From NCBI GenBank assembly GCA_001661245.1, contig KV454015.1:1104924-1152060 (forward strand): DNA of 47,137 bases, in the 5' to 3' direction. This stretch comes from Pachysolen tannophilus NRRL Y-2460 (lineage: Eukaryota). The position numbers were made by a program, and so were the translations under genes. This document shows positions 1-10,659 of this stretch, in pieces (within the stretch, counting starts at the first letter, position 1; every line of letters begins with the position of its first letter). The notes beneath the pieces are model-generated. The model had not been told where the DNA came from, searched no databases, and saw nothing but the letters and a program-made list of their open reading frames with translations.

Positions 1-1131
1 TTGGAGCAGATGAAATACGTGGCGACGCATAGGATTGTCTTGGAGGTTGCTGTTGTTGCTGCTGCTGGAATGTGTGTATCGATGCTTGATGCGGAGAGTT
101 GGAGGCATACTGTACGGTCTGCTGTTGTGGTGGTTGGTACTGGGAAACATTTTGAGGTGCTCCTTGGATAGAGCCAGGGAATGAAGAGTGTTGTTGCTGC
201 TTAAATGACTGTGGTACAGAAACGGTTCTTTGATTTACAGCAACATTTTGAATACTACCCTGAGAGTGACGGTTACGGTCGATATTCGTATCAGGTAGTT
301 GTAACAGAGATGCAGACGTTCTCAGCGGTTGTTGATTGGGATATACTTGTTGATGTTGTGCAATAGGAGTTTGTGCAGGACCTGGAACGTTATTTGTATT
401 ATTATTTTTTGGATAAGGTGCTGCGCCATTCAGTGCTGTGCCATTGTTTGTTGGATATGGCGCTGGTGGATACGTAGTTCGATTATTATTACTGATGCCG
501 CTAATGCCGCTAATACCGTTGTTGTCGTTGTTCGTTTTATATCTATCAACGCTAACATCCATTAAATCGTTATAAATTCTTTCACTATTGACCAATTTTT
601 CATTCAATAAAATCAAATCATCTTTTTTACTTGAATATTTTTCAATTAAATTACCTAATTTTGGCCTAAGCATTACCACATCATTATAAATTTTAAAAAT
701 TTGCTGATTCTCTAATAAAGAATTTAATTCATCACTAGAAATCTTATTTGCCAATAATCGTGATTGGAAATTTGAAAGTAACGATAATAATTTTTCAATT
801 TGTGTTGACTTATCCAATATTTCCTGTTCTTTTCTTAATTCTTCAACTAATTCCTCCATTGTAGGCTCTTTTAAAGGTGTCACATAGTTTAGTGGGAATA
901 TACCAATTTGACCACGTAATGAACCTCTCCACCAATCTCTATAAACACTTTCTATAACAGTAATAACATCTCCTTTCCGGAAGGATAATTCATCAGGTTC
1001 ATATGATACTAAATCGTATAACGCACGAACACGAGAAACTGTGGCTATATTTGAACCTGAATTCTTGGTTTCACTTATTGGTACATTTTGCTGTTGTTGC
1101 TGTTGCGCCTGTTGCTGCTGAACAGGTTCAG

Positions 1132-1168
<37 letters not shown>

Positions 1169-1952
1169 GCTGTTGTTGTTATTATTGATAGTTGCTGCAG
1201 AAGAATATGGATGTCTTGAAGATTGTGCCAGGTCTTCAACTCCTTGTGGTAAAGAACCTGGATTTCTCCAAGTCTTGTGTTGTTCATATTCTTGTAAGGA
1301 CAACTTTAAAGCCATATTTAATTCTTCTTCTTCTTTCAAACGATCCATATCGGTGATTTCATGTTTCAAAGGTTTTGCTGGTTGAGTTCCACCAACACCC
1401 AGTTGATTTATTAAATCTGGCCTACTATGTTTTAAATCGGTATATGTATCTGAAATAATCCTTAAACTTGGATCTTTTGCAAACGATTGAGACAATTGAT
1501 CAATCATTTCAATGATCTTAATCTTGATCTGTTGATGGATAGTATTATCATTTATCAAACTCATCAATACATTAACAAATCTTGTAGTGGCAATTTCTTG
1601 CTTCATCTTTGAGCCGCAGTTCTCGGCAAGCGCAGTTATCAATGAAAGTGTCCTTAACAAAACATTACCATCTTTTATCTTCAATCGTTTTTCAATCGAT
1701 AATATTGCATTATGAGAACCATTTTCTGGGTCACAAGAAACTTGATCACAAGCATCTAATATATATTCCCAATTATCTGCTGTTAAAGTTTCATCCGTTG
1801 CCTTCCCTATAATTATCATCATTTATAGTTAGTAAAATAAACACACATATAGAATAAATCAAAATGATTTTTACAAAAAAATTTTAATTTAAATTAAATT
1901 ACTTACTGATTATCGGATCCAATGGATTGGGTCTTTCTGAAGATCCAAACAT
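1..1952 (-). CDS. HSE1: ESCRT-0 subunit Hse1/STAM (VHS-UIM-SH3), 3'-partial. Exon1 1952-1907, intron 1906-1807, exon2 1806-<1
   Basis: Manual minus-strand translation: MFGSSERPNPLDPII|RKATDETLTADNWEYILDACD (VHS), EEELNMALKLSLQEY (UIM), RVRALYDLVSYEPDELSFRKGDVITVIESVYRDWWRGSLRGQIGIFPLNYV (SH3). The intron GTAAGT...TACTAAC...TAG joins in frame. Absent from the ORF track because the stop lies outside the window. Confidence 0.93.
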
Positions 1953-2235
1953 ATTCTATTCTATCTTTGATTTATATTGAATTATCAGTTATGATCAAAT
2001 ACGATTTAAATTTATTCAAAAAAAAAATAAGAAAAACAAGTGCAAATTTTTTTTTTTTTTTTGTTTTTTTGTTTTTCCAAACACTTGTTAAATTAGAAGC
2101 AAAAATTTGTTCGTTTATTTATTATTATATAAATTAAGTAAAAAAGTATTAGTTAGAAGATGTTTTGTTCACCTATAATACCTCGATTGGATCTATATAT
2201 TAGGGTAAAATCTAGCTTCTTCTTTCTTTCTTTTC

Positions 2236-3459
2236 TCATTGATCTTTTTTTTCGTTTTCATCTTCTGATTCATCATCACTACGTTCATCTTTAGTAATAT
2301 CTAAAAAGACGTATCTGTACAGGATTCTAAAGATCAACAGTAACCAGTAAGCGTTAACCAAATGTAAAGCAAAAATCAAAGTGAATACGATTATTTGCGA
2401 GATCCAGCACTTGTATTGTTCTGTAGCAAAGTTTAATGTATAATCACCAACTTGGCTAAATTCTGTCAAGACCGACCATAAAATCCTTAAATTAATATAA
2501 TGTCTAAGATAAATCCAAACACCGCTAAAGAGGAAGAAAAATGGACCAATCAAGATAGAATCCATATAGCTTAAAGTCTTGGACATTGCCAAGAAGAAGT
2601 CACTAACATCCATGGTGATATAAATTTCTAAACCCATCCAAGTAAAATGAAATCTATAACTTAAAGAAATAAGTAGTAAAGTAACAATATGATGTAAAAC
2701 TAATTCTTTAAAATCTTTACGTGGTGCTTCCAATTGCAACATAAGTACAACAGATTGTTGAGCCCAGAAAGCAGCTTGACCCAAATAGTAGGCTTTAAAT
2801 AACCATTCATGAGTCTTGTGTGGGTAATTTAAATAAAATGGACGCGTTTCAAAAAACCATAATGGTGTATGATACATAATGTATAAACCAACTGGTCCTG
2901 TTATCCCATAATATACCATCGAATAAGTCTGTTCCATAAATCTTTTAACTTTTGATTCTTTAGACATACCACATTTTATAGCTAAAGGTCTTAATACTAC
3001 TTGCATTAAAAATTCCCTGAAAAAAGTGAAAAAAATCATATAATAGAAAACAAACAATATATCTTTTAAACCTTTACCATACATTGGAGGTTCTGTACCT
3101 GGTATCTTATAAGAAACAGTAACAAAAGCATGTAAAATATTAGATTCTGTATAATTACCTGAAATGAAATAAGCTGTATACGTCAGAAATAAAATTAAAA
3201 ACGGAGCCAACCAAGTATGTCTAGAACATAATTCAATAAATGAAAGCCAAATCTTAGTAACTAAACCTCTATCAGATTCAATTTTTTCTTCTAATTTAGT
3301 TAATCTTGTCTGCTTCCATAATTCCTGTTTATCATTCGAAGGCATCGTTGTTAAAGATGGAGCAGTATTATCTCCAAGATTAAGTTTTCCCAAAGAAGAA
3401 GTACGGCGACGTCTTCTTTGCGGAGATGCTGCTGTTGATGCTGCTGTTGCTGGTGCCAT
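2236..3459 (-). CDS. LAG1: Ceramide synthase (Lag1/Lac1, TLC domain)
   Basis: Lag1 motif [22 protein letters not shown]...[10 protein letters not shown]-terminal [16 protein letters not shown]-terminal DERSDDE. First ATG at 3459. Confidence 0.93.
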   Translation of the reverse strand: MAPATAASTAASPQRRRRRTSSLGKLNLGDNTAPSLTTMPSNDKQELWKQTRLTKLEEKIESDRGLVTKIWLSFIELCSRHTWLAPFLILFLTYTAYFISGNYTESNILHAFVTVSYKIPGTEPPMYGKGLKDILFVFYYMIFFTFFREFLMQVVLRPLAIKCGMSKESKVKRFMEQTYSMVYYGITGPVGLYIMYHTPLWFFETRPFYLNYPHKTHEWLFKAYYLGQAAFWAQQSVVLMLQLEAPRKDFKELVLHHIVTLLLISLSYRFHFTWMGLEIYITMDVSDFFLAMSKTLSYMDSILIGPFFFLFSGVWIYLRHYINLRILWSVLTEFSQVGDYTLNFATEQYKCWISQIIVFTLIFALHLVNAYWLLLIFRILYRYVFLDITKDERSDDESEDENEKKDQ

Positions 3460-3944
3460 AATAACAAGTAACAATCTATTTGAATCTAGGCTTTTAGCTC
3501 GCCACCTTATCGAACAAGTGCTGATATAGCTTGAAAAGAAAGAGACAAGAAGGCAAAAAAAAAGAAGAAAAAATTAAATAAAATTCAATATAATAAATAA
3601 ATAAAAAGAAAAAAATCAATATATATATATATATAAAAGGTGGTTTTTCAAAAAATTTTCAAAATACGTTTTTGAAAAACAAAGGCAAAAGACAAAACAA
3701 AAAACATTTAAGAAGAAAGAAACACCAAAACTTTTAATTTCTGGAAGTGTTTCTGATTGACTGATGTAGAGATTCTTAGCAAATAATTGGATTTAGTTAT
3801 TATTCAATTGACTTTGTTTTCCATTACAAGTTTCATATTTAATGCTCTATATACAGTTTAGCAGCAATTTTCTGCGAATAAATAGATAAATGGATGCTAT
3901 ATACTAAAAACTTTTTTTTTTTTTTATTATTATTGTTTGTTTTA

Positions 3945-5927
3945 TCAAACTAACTCTTGTTTCCAGTAAAAGTTTGGATAAGCGGCCTGGTTTTCTGTGA
4001 CTGGATCTATTAATTGGATTTGTTGATAACTGTCTTCAGTTTCAGGTAAGTATGTCTCATCTGCAAAAACTTCCACTGCGTGTTCAACATTTTCTGGAAC
4101 TACGTATAGACTAGAAATTATTTTTTTGTTATTGGGGATTTTTTTCAATTCTGTTACTCCTCTTTTAACAATATTAGCTTTTTTCAATTTGTTACCTGTA
4201 TTATCGACGGAACCTTTTGTTTTGTAAATATAATTGAAGATCTGTTCTCTAATGCAAACTTTGATACCTTTTGGGACCCAAATCTCAAAGATTTGGTTCT
4301 TGTTGTTATTTTGTAATTCCGACTCCAGTTTCAGATCAGATATCGAAGTTTTCTTTCCAGTTGGAGTTATCGTTACATATCCAACTCCGCCAATGACAAT
4401 ATCCACATTACCATAAAAAGGAGGAATCGCATAATGAATCAATTCATCGCAACTATGTTCATTTAATAGGAAAACCTGTTTTGGTTTAATTGCCTCTGGT
4501 CGCGTTCGACACATTTCCTTTGCCTTTTCAAGATCATGAAAAGCATGGGGTATTCCTGGGACTTGTACTCTGAATTTACAAATAGTATCGACAGGAGGTT
4601 TTAAATAACAAAAACCACCAAATGTAACAACTCTTCTACCATTATATTTACCTTTGAAAGTTATCTTACTTATATTGTTTTCACCATGAAGAAATTTCTT
4701 GGGACTATATCTTAATGGTCGAGCAAAGACATCAGAAATATGATCAACTTCGAGGTATTTGAAGATATCTTCATTTTCCTGTGTATAACCTGGTGTATCA
4801 ATTACGTTAATATTATTTTTTAATTTATAACGAATATCTGCTCTTGTAAACGATGGTAATGATGAGATACCTGGTCCAAAATTCCCAATTTTGGTCAATC
4901 TTTCATTATCCCGATATAATAATGATCTAATTAATGTGCTCTTACCAGAATTAACTTCTCCAATAAAATAATTATCACCTTTGGGTAAAATTTCCAAAAT
5001 TTTCGAAGTCCAATTCAATTTCCCTGAAGAAAGATAAATTTTATTTGGATCTGCTTGACATAATTTAACTAACATTTCCCGGAAATAAGGCATTGCAGTT
5101 TTCTCCAGTTGTTTCTCATTTTCAAATAATAAATCTAATTTTGTAATCACATAATAAACTTTTGATGGGTTGGAAATATATTTCAAAAAATCTTTATTTA
5201 TCGAAAGTGGGAAATCATGAGCTGTGACAACATGAACTAAATTTGCATTTCTTGGTATCTTACTGAAAACATGATCTAATGGCGGTGTTTTGTGTTCATC
5301 TTTTTTATATATATTTTGATGTAGCGCATCATGACATCTTTTGCATTTGATTCCTTTAACTACAGTATGATTTGGTTCTAATTCCACTTTCTGATGTGAT
5401 GATGCCTTCAGTGATTTCAATTTCTGTTTTCGCAAATCAGGTATAAACGTAAGTTCTCTTGGAATTTCTGATTTATCTTTATAAGCACTATTTTCGTTAA
5501 TTAGTAAATCTCTATCTTCATCAGGTAAATCGTCTAGTATATCAACATATTTTTTATCAAGTTCTGTCCTAAGTTTAACACTAGCAGTTGATTTATTCTG
5601 TTCAACTTTGGTATTGTTCTCTAATGGATAATACCCAAGTTTATTTGGATCTTCATTTTGTAAAAAAATACCACACGCGGAACACTTGTGAGCCAAACTA
5701 AAATGAACCCTTGAATCTGGACCGGAAACATCAGATAAGTCAACAAATGATTTAGGATGGATTTTCTTTATACTAGAAGCAGATTCATATTCATAGTTAT
5801 TATAATGTATTAGTGATTTTCGAATAAGTACGTGTGATGAGCTAGAAAGTGGTTTTGTTAAAATCAAACACAAACCCTTGGCCTTTAACCTTGGCATAGA
5901 AGCTCTAACTTGCCTAAACACTGACAT
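3945..5927 (-). CDS. GEP3: Mitochondrial circularly permuted GTPase Gep3/Mtg3 (YqeH/NOA1 family)
   Basis: CSACG and CKRC zinc ligands. TKLD (G4) precedes GEVNSGKS (G1) and DTPG (G3). Basic presequence-like N-terminus. Confidence 0.85.
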   Translation of the reverse strand: MSVFRQVRASMPRLKAKGLCLILTKPLSSSSHVLIRKSLIHYNNYEYESASSIKKIHPKSFVDLSDVSGPDSRVHFSLAHKCSACGIFLQNEDPNKLGYYPLENNTKVEQNKSTASVKLRTELDKKYVDILDDLPDEDRDLLINENSAYKDKSEIPRELTFIPDLRKQKLKSLKASSHQKVELEPNHTVVKGIKCKRCHDALHQNIYKKDEHKTPPLDHVFSKIPRNANLVHVVTAHDFPLSINKDFLKYISNPSKVYYVITKLDLLFENEKQLEKTAMPYFREMLVKLCQADPNKIYLSSGKLNWTSKILEILPKGDNYFIGEVNSGKSTLIRSLLYRDNERLTKIGNFGPGISSLPSFTRADIRYKLKNNINVIDTPGYTQENEDIFKYLEVDHISDVFARPLRYSPKKFLHGENNISKITFKGKYNGRRVVTFGGFCYLKPPVDTICKFRVQVPGIPHAFHDLEKAKEMCRTRPEAIKPKQVFLLNEHSCDELIHYAIPPFYGNVDIVIGGVGYVTITPTGKKTSISDLKLESELQNNNKNQIFEIWVPKGIKVCIREQIFNYIYKTKGSVDNTGNKLKKANIVKRGVTELKKIPNNKKIISSLYVVPENVEHAVEVFADETYLPETEDSYQQIQLIDPVTENQAAYPNFYWKQELV

Positions 5928-5941
5928 CTTCAATCAATATA

Positions 5942-5943
<2 letters not shown>

Positions 5944-5976
<33 letters not shown>
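5944..5976. repeat. (TA)n microsatellite
   Basis: Uninterrupted TA run just upstream of the GEP3 ATG. Confidence 0.9.
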
Positions 5977-5978
<2 letters not shown>

Positions 5979-6038
5979 ATCAATACTTGACATTCTTGTA
6001 AATTTCAATTTCCATAATTATGCGGTACTATTGTTTAG

Positions 6039-6056
6039 GCGATGAGTGAAAAATTT
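6039..6056 (+). promoter_or_regulatory. Adjacent PAC (GCGATGAG) and RRPE (TGAAAAATTT) elements
   Basis: gcgatgag-tgaaaaattt about 140 nt upstream of the TRM10 ATG. This pair is typical of Ribi-regulon promoters. Confidence 0.75.
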
Positions 6057-6196
6057 AAAAAAATTTTCCAAAATTTCAATTATTTTTTTAATTTTTTAGC
6101 TTTTTCATTTTCATATTCATTTTTTTTTACTTTAAATATTATCAAAATCATCGTTTGTTCAAGAGATTAGAAACTATTTTAGAGCAAGTCAGAGTG

Positions 6197-7126
6197 ATGT
6201 CAGAAGTTTCCACGAGTCTGGAATTGCAGACTGAGGCTAAAGCTGGTTGTAAAAGGGCAGCTTCTGTGGTTGAAGAATCTGAGAATGAGAATGGAAATGA
6301 GAATCAAGAGAGTAAGAGAATAAAATTAAACATTCCAGAAGGTATATCGAAGAAAGAATGGAAAAGACAGCAACGTAGATTGAAATATGAGGCACAGAAG
6401 GAGGAATATAAGGAACAACGTAGGGAGAAGAAAAAAGAACTGAGACATGCTAGGAGTGAATTAATAAGGAAATTGAAAGAGAATGGTGAGCCATTACCAG
6501 AATCAACAAAGAGAGAAAGGACTTTGAAACCAGAGGAGCAAACACATTCAAAGAGTAGAATTGTTATTGATTGTTCCTTTGATGACTTGATGAATGATAA
6601 GGAAGTTATATCTTTATCATCACAAATCACAAGAAGTTATGCTGCCAATAAGAGATCGAAAACACCAGTAGATTTAATAATTACATCTCTTGATAAACGT
6701 TTAAAGCAAAGATTTGATAAAGATTTAAGTCATTATAAGTATTGGACTCAAAATGTTGAAATTCACGAGGAAAATATAGAAAAATATTTACAAGAGAATA
6801 TTGATGATAAACAAAGAGAAAATGTAATTTATCTTTCTGCAGATACAGATGAAATCTTGGAAACTTTGGAACCAAATTTCACATATGTTGTTGGGGGTAT
6901 TGTAGATAAAGGTAGACATAAGCATCTTTGTCTGAATAAAGCTAAAGAATTGGGACTTAAGATGAGAAGATTACCTATAGATGAGTATATTAAACTTAGC
7001 GGCAGAAGAGTTCTTGCCACAAGTCACGTTGTAGAATTATTATTAAAATGGTTTGAATTCAAAGATTGGAAAACTGCATTTGAAATGGTGTTACCAGAAC
7101 GTAAGCTACTTCAGCTGGATAATTAA
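6197..7126 (+). CDS. TRM10: tRNA (guanine-9-N1)-methyltransferase
   Basis: PEGISKKEWKR, IVIDCSFDDLMNDKEVISLSSQITRSY, YLSADT, YVVGGIVDK, RLPIDEYI, RVLATSHVV. Confidence 0.95.
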   Translation: MSEVSTSLELQTEAKAGCKRAASVVEESENENGNENQESKRIKLNIPEGISKKEWKRQQRRLKYEAQKEEYKEQRREKKKELRHARSELIRKLKENGEPLPESTKRERTLKPEEQTHSKSRIVIDCSFDDLMNDKEVISLSSQITRSYAANKRSKTPVDLIITSLDKRLKQRFDKDLSHYKYWTQNVEIHEENIEKYLQENIDDKQRENVIYLSADTDEILETLEPNFTYVVGGIVDKGRHKHLCLNKAKELGLKMRRLPIDEYIKLSGRRVLATSHVVELLLKWFEFKDWKTAFEMVLPERKLLQLDN

Positions 7127-7228
7127 ATAAAATAGATGATAAAGGGGAGCCAGCCGTGGGAGCCGGCAGCTTTTTGGCGGAAGTTTTTATTTCTGCAGAG
7201 CCGATTTTAGGCGGAGGGGGGGGGCTCT

Positions 7229-7277
7229 TGGCTCACAGAATGGCTCACAGAATGACCCACCAAAATGGCCCACAAAT
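7229..7277 (+). repeat. Four tandem 12-13-bp units in a GC-rich island
   Basis: tggctcacagaa / tggctcacagaa / tgacccaccaaaa / tggcccacaaat. Confidence 0.7.
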
Positions 7278-7500
7278 TGGATCGAGAAACGAGGGCTGTG
7301 CTGGAACGTCATTGTGCGAAGAAAAATGTTTATGACCTCTGCGCCTATAATAATATTATGCAATGAATATATATAATATTAATATATTTATTTTAATTAT
7401 TGAATATATATTTATAGAAGGTATTTAAACTGTATATAAATAATTGTACAATTAGCTAATAGAATTAATTAATTATTAATTATAATTAGATTTTAATTTG

Positions 7501-7970
7501 ATGTCGGAAGTAAGTATATTAAAAAATAAATTTTAATTTTTTCTTTTTTTTTTTGCAAAGTTTATTAAAATATTGATATTAACAAGAAATTATAGAAACC
7601 ACCTCCTAGTTACGTAAAAGACGACAGAAAAAGTTCTGGAAGAGGAGCAGCTGCAGAATACTATAATGGATCTTCTAGCCATCTGAATTATTATCCTCCA
7701 CAACAACCTCAATATAACCAGCAATTCCCAAATTCAAGAGGTTATCCAAGTGGCGGGAATCAGCAGGGCTATTACCAACAACCACCTCAGGGTTACTATC
7801 AACAACCGGGATACTACCCTCAGCAGCCACAGTATCAACAGGGTTATTACCAACAGCAACAGCCGGTATACGTGCAGCAGCAAGAACCAAGAAGTGGTAT
7901 GAATGAAGGTTGTTTGGCATCTTGTTTGGCGATGTTATGTGTTTGTTTTACTCTAGATATGTTATTTTAA
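7501..7970 (+). CDS. CYSTM-domain tail-anchored protein (YDL012C/YBR016W-like), 127 aa. Exon1 7501-7509, intron 7510-7595, exon2 7596-7970
   Basis: ATG TCG GAA|GTAAGT...TATTAAC...TAG|AAA CCA CCT CCT AGT TAC. P/Q/Y/G-rich body ending [36 protein letters not shown]. Missed by the ORF track. Confidence 0.88.
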
Positions 7971-8535
7971 AAAAAAAAGATCAAAATTGGGGGAAGAGAA
8001 AAGGACACAACTTGATTCAAGGACGGATCAAGATTATGTTTTCATGATTAATTATTTAGTTCTTTTTAATGTTTTTTGTTTTTTTTTAAAAAGTAGGTAG
8101 TACTATTTTTTTTTTGTTATTGTTGTTGTTGTTTTTTATTATCAATTAATTAAAATTGTTATATATCTTGTCTATAATAAATCCAACATTCATCCAGAGT
8201 TACTACATCTATAGAATCTACTATAAAATATATATATATATATATATGAATAATATTTGTTATTATGCTCGTATTCGCATTAATTCGCACCTTTATCGGT
8301 TGACTTTGAGAATGTTAACCTTTTTACTGCCTGTAAAAAATAAAAAAAGATGCTGCTTCAAATTTAGTAAGTTTAAAAGAACAACAGTTTTAAAAACTTA
8401 TTATTATTTATTAATTTTCCAATTATTTTAATTATTTTTTAATTATTTTTATTATTTTTGGAATTAATCTTTATAATCTTTATAAGGTTGTTATGATTTT
8501 TGTTGGGATAATAAATAAATTTTTATAATAAAAAA

Positions 8536-10173
8536 ATGACATTTGATTTAGTTTCTTCTGTTTCCTTTATGAGGAATTTTGCGCTTAAGACCAAGAAGAC
8601 TATTTTAACTGATGAAGGATTAATAATTAAAAATGAACAAAAAGATTTTGAACAAAACGCTGATGGTTCAATTTTAACTATATGTTCCCCAGCTCCATCA
8701 TCTGAACATAGACATGGTATGTATTGGTTAAATTCAAATACATGCGCGTGTTTTTAAAATTTTATTTAGTACTGACAGTTTATTTTTTTTTTTGGCAATT
8801 GTGAATATAATTCACAATTGATTAATTTTTTATATTTAGTGCCTGAATTTATATCGTTTAAAAAAATATTATGGGTTCAAAAAATTGATGATGAAGTATT
8901 AGAAATTAGTTATGTTGTTTCTAAGAATCATAAACTTATACCTGCAACATTACTTACTATTATTGAAAATCCACCTATTGCAAATCTTGATGCATTAGTT
9001 GATAGATTGATGAAAAAATCATATGAAAATTCTTCACCTGCTAAGAATATGTTAATTATTATTAATCCTCATGGTGGTCAGGGGAAAGCTTTAAGGTTAT
9101 TTAATGATAGATGTAGACTGATTTTAGATGCTGCTCATGTTAATTATGAAGTTATGGAAACTAGTTATCATCGTCATGCAGTTGATATTGGTAAAAATTT
9201 GGATATTAATAAATATGAAATTATAACTTGTGCTTCTGGGGATGGTATACCTCATGAATTTATTAATGGGTTATATATGAGAGAAGATAGAGATGAATGT
9301 TTTAATAAATTGATTATTACACAACTTCCTTGTGGTTCTGGTAATGCAATGTCTATTTCATGCCATGGATCATTAGAACCATCAATTGCTACACTTTCAA
9401 CTTTGAAAAATAAAGTTGTAAAGACAGATTTAATGGCTGTTACGCAAGGAATTGGTTCTGAAGAAGTTACAAAATTATCTTTTGTAAGTCAAGCATATGG
9501 AATTATTGCAGATTGTGATGTTGGTACTGATTGGTTAAGATTTATTGGACCTTCTAGATTTGAATTAGGTGTAACGTTAAAAGTATTATTCCGTTCTAAA
9601 TATCCTTGTGATATTGCTATTAAATATCTGGCAAAGGCAAAACATGATTTAAATGAATATTATTCTGATCATGTTAATAAAAATAATTTAAATAATCAAT
9701 CACAAAAAGATGAAACTATTACTAAAGAAAATTTTAAAATTAAATTCCCAAAACTTGATGATCTGGTACCTTCAGATTGGGAAATATATGATCATGAATC
9801 TTCTAAAAATTTAGGAGTTTTTTATGTTGGTAAAATGCCATATGTTTCAAAAGATACAAATTTTTTCCCAGCTGCATTACCAAACGATGGAACAATGGAT
9901 CTAGTCGTAATGGATTCACGTACAAATATCCTCTCGACAGCTTGCGCTCTATTATCAGTAGAAAAGGGGACTCATGTATTACGGAAAGAAGTTCAACATT
10001 CAAAAATCTTAGCTTACAGACTTGTACCAAAAGCACTGAAAAGTTATATTTCAATCGATGGTGAAAGTTTCCCATTTGAACCTTTCCAAGTAGAAATTTT
10101 CCCAGGAACTTTGAAAACAATCATGAACGATGGCTCTTATATACCCACAGGATTTTCAGCAACCGTCAAATAA
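8536..10173 (+). CDS. LCB4: Sphingoid long-chain base kinase (Lcb4/Lcb5). Exon1 8536-8716, intron 8717-8839, exon2 8840-10173
   Basis: IINPHGGQGKA, ASGDGIPHEFINGL, LPCGSGNAM, FFPAALPNDGTMDL, ISIDGE. The intron GTATGT...TACTGAC...TTTAG joins the two ORF-track pieces in frame (G|TG = Val). Confidence 0.9.
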
Positions 10174-10659
10174 CTACACATTCCCTTTTTTTTTTTGACT
10201 TTTTTTTTTTTTGGCTCTGTCTCTCGTCGGTTTATATACTATCTATCTATCTATTATACCTTTTATCAAATCAATTTACTATTTAAATCATTTTTGTAGT
10301 GTACACAGTGGTCAAGTTCCAAATTAGGTAATTTTTTAATTTTTCACTTTTTTTTTTTTTTTTTTTTGTCCTTTTCTTTTATGTTAAAAGAAAAAAATTC
10401 TCTTCGTCGAAGGAAAGGAAATATAAGGTAAAGAAGAGATAGGTATTAAGATAAAATAATTATTTTTAATTTTAATTTAGAATAGATTTCATTAATCTTT
10501 TTCTAATTTCAGGCTTCTTTAATTCATAAAAATCTCTTTTTTTTTTCTTCTTCTTATTCTGATTCATATAGATAAAGAAAGAAAGAGAGAAATTTATTTA
10601 AAAAAAGAAAAAAATTATTATTATTATTTTTTATTATTATAAAATAAAGATTGGAAAAG

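Noticed and set aside
329..2137. Small track ORFs at 329, 1075, 1173, 1609 and 1922
   Set aside because: They are antisense or off-frame shadows of HSE1 and its low-complexity tracts or UTR.
7229..7277. CRISPR-like repeat array
   Set aside because: The units are 12-13 bp and directly adjacent with no spacers, and the context is eukaryotic.
2236..10173. Sphingolipid gene cluster (ceramide synthase plus LCB kinase)
   Set aside because: The two genes are separated by unrelated genes (GEP3, TRM10, CYSTM), so chance proximity is plausible.
10426..10512. Possible 5' UTR intron of SUP35 (GTAAAG or GTATTA ... TTCTAAT-TTCAG)
   Set aside because: The donor and branchpoint matches are weak in AT-rich DNA and cannot be supported without RNA data.
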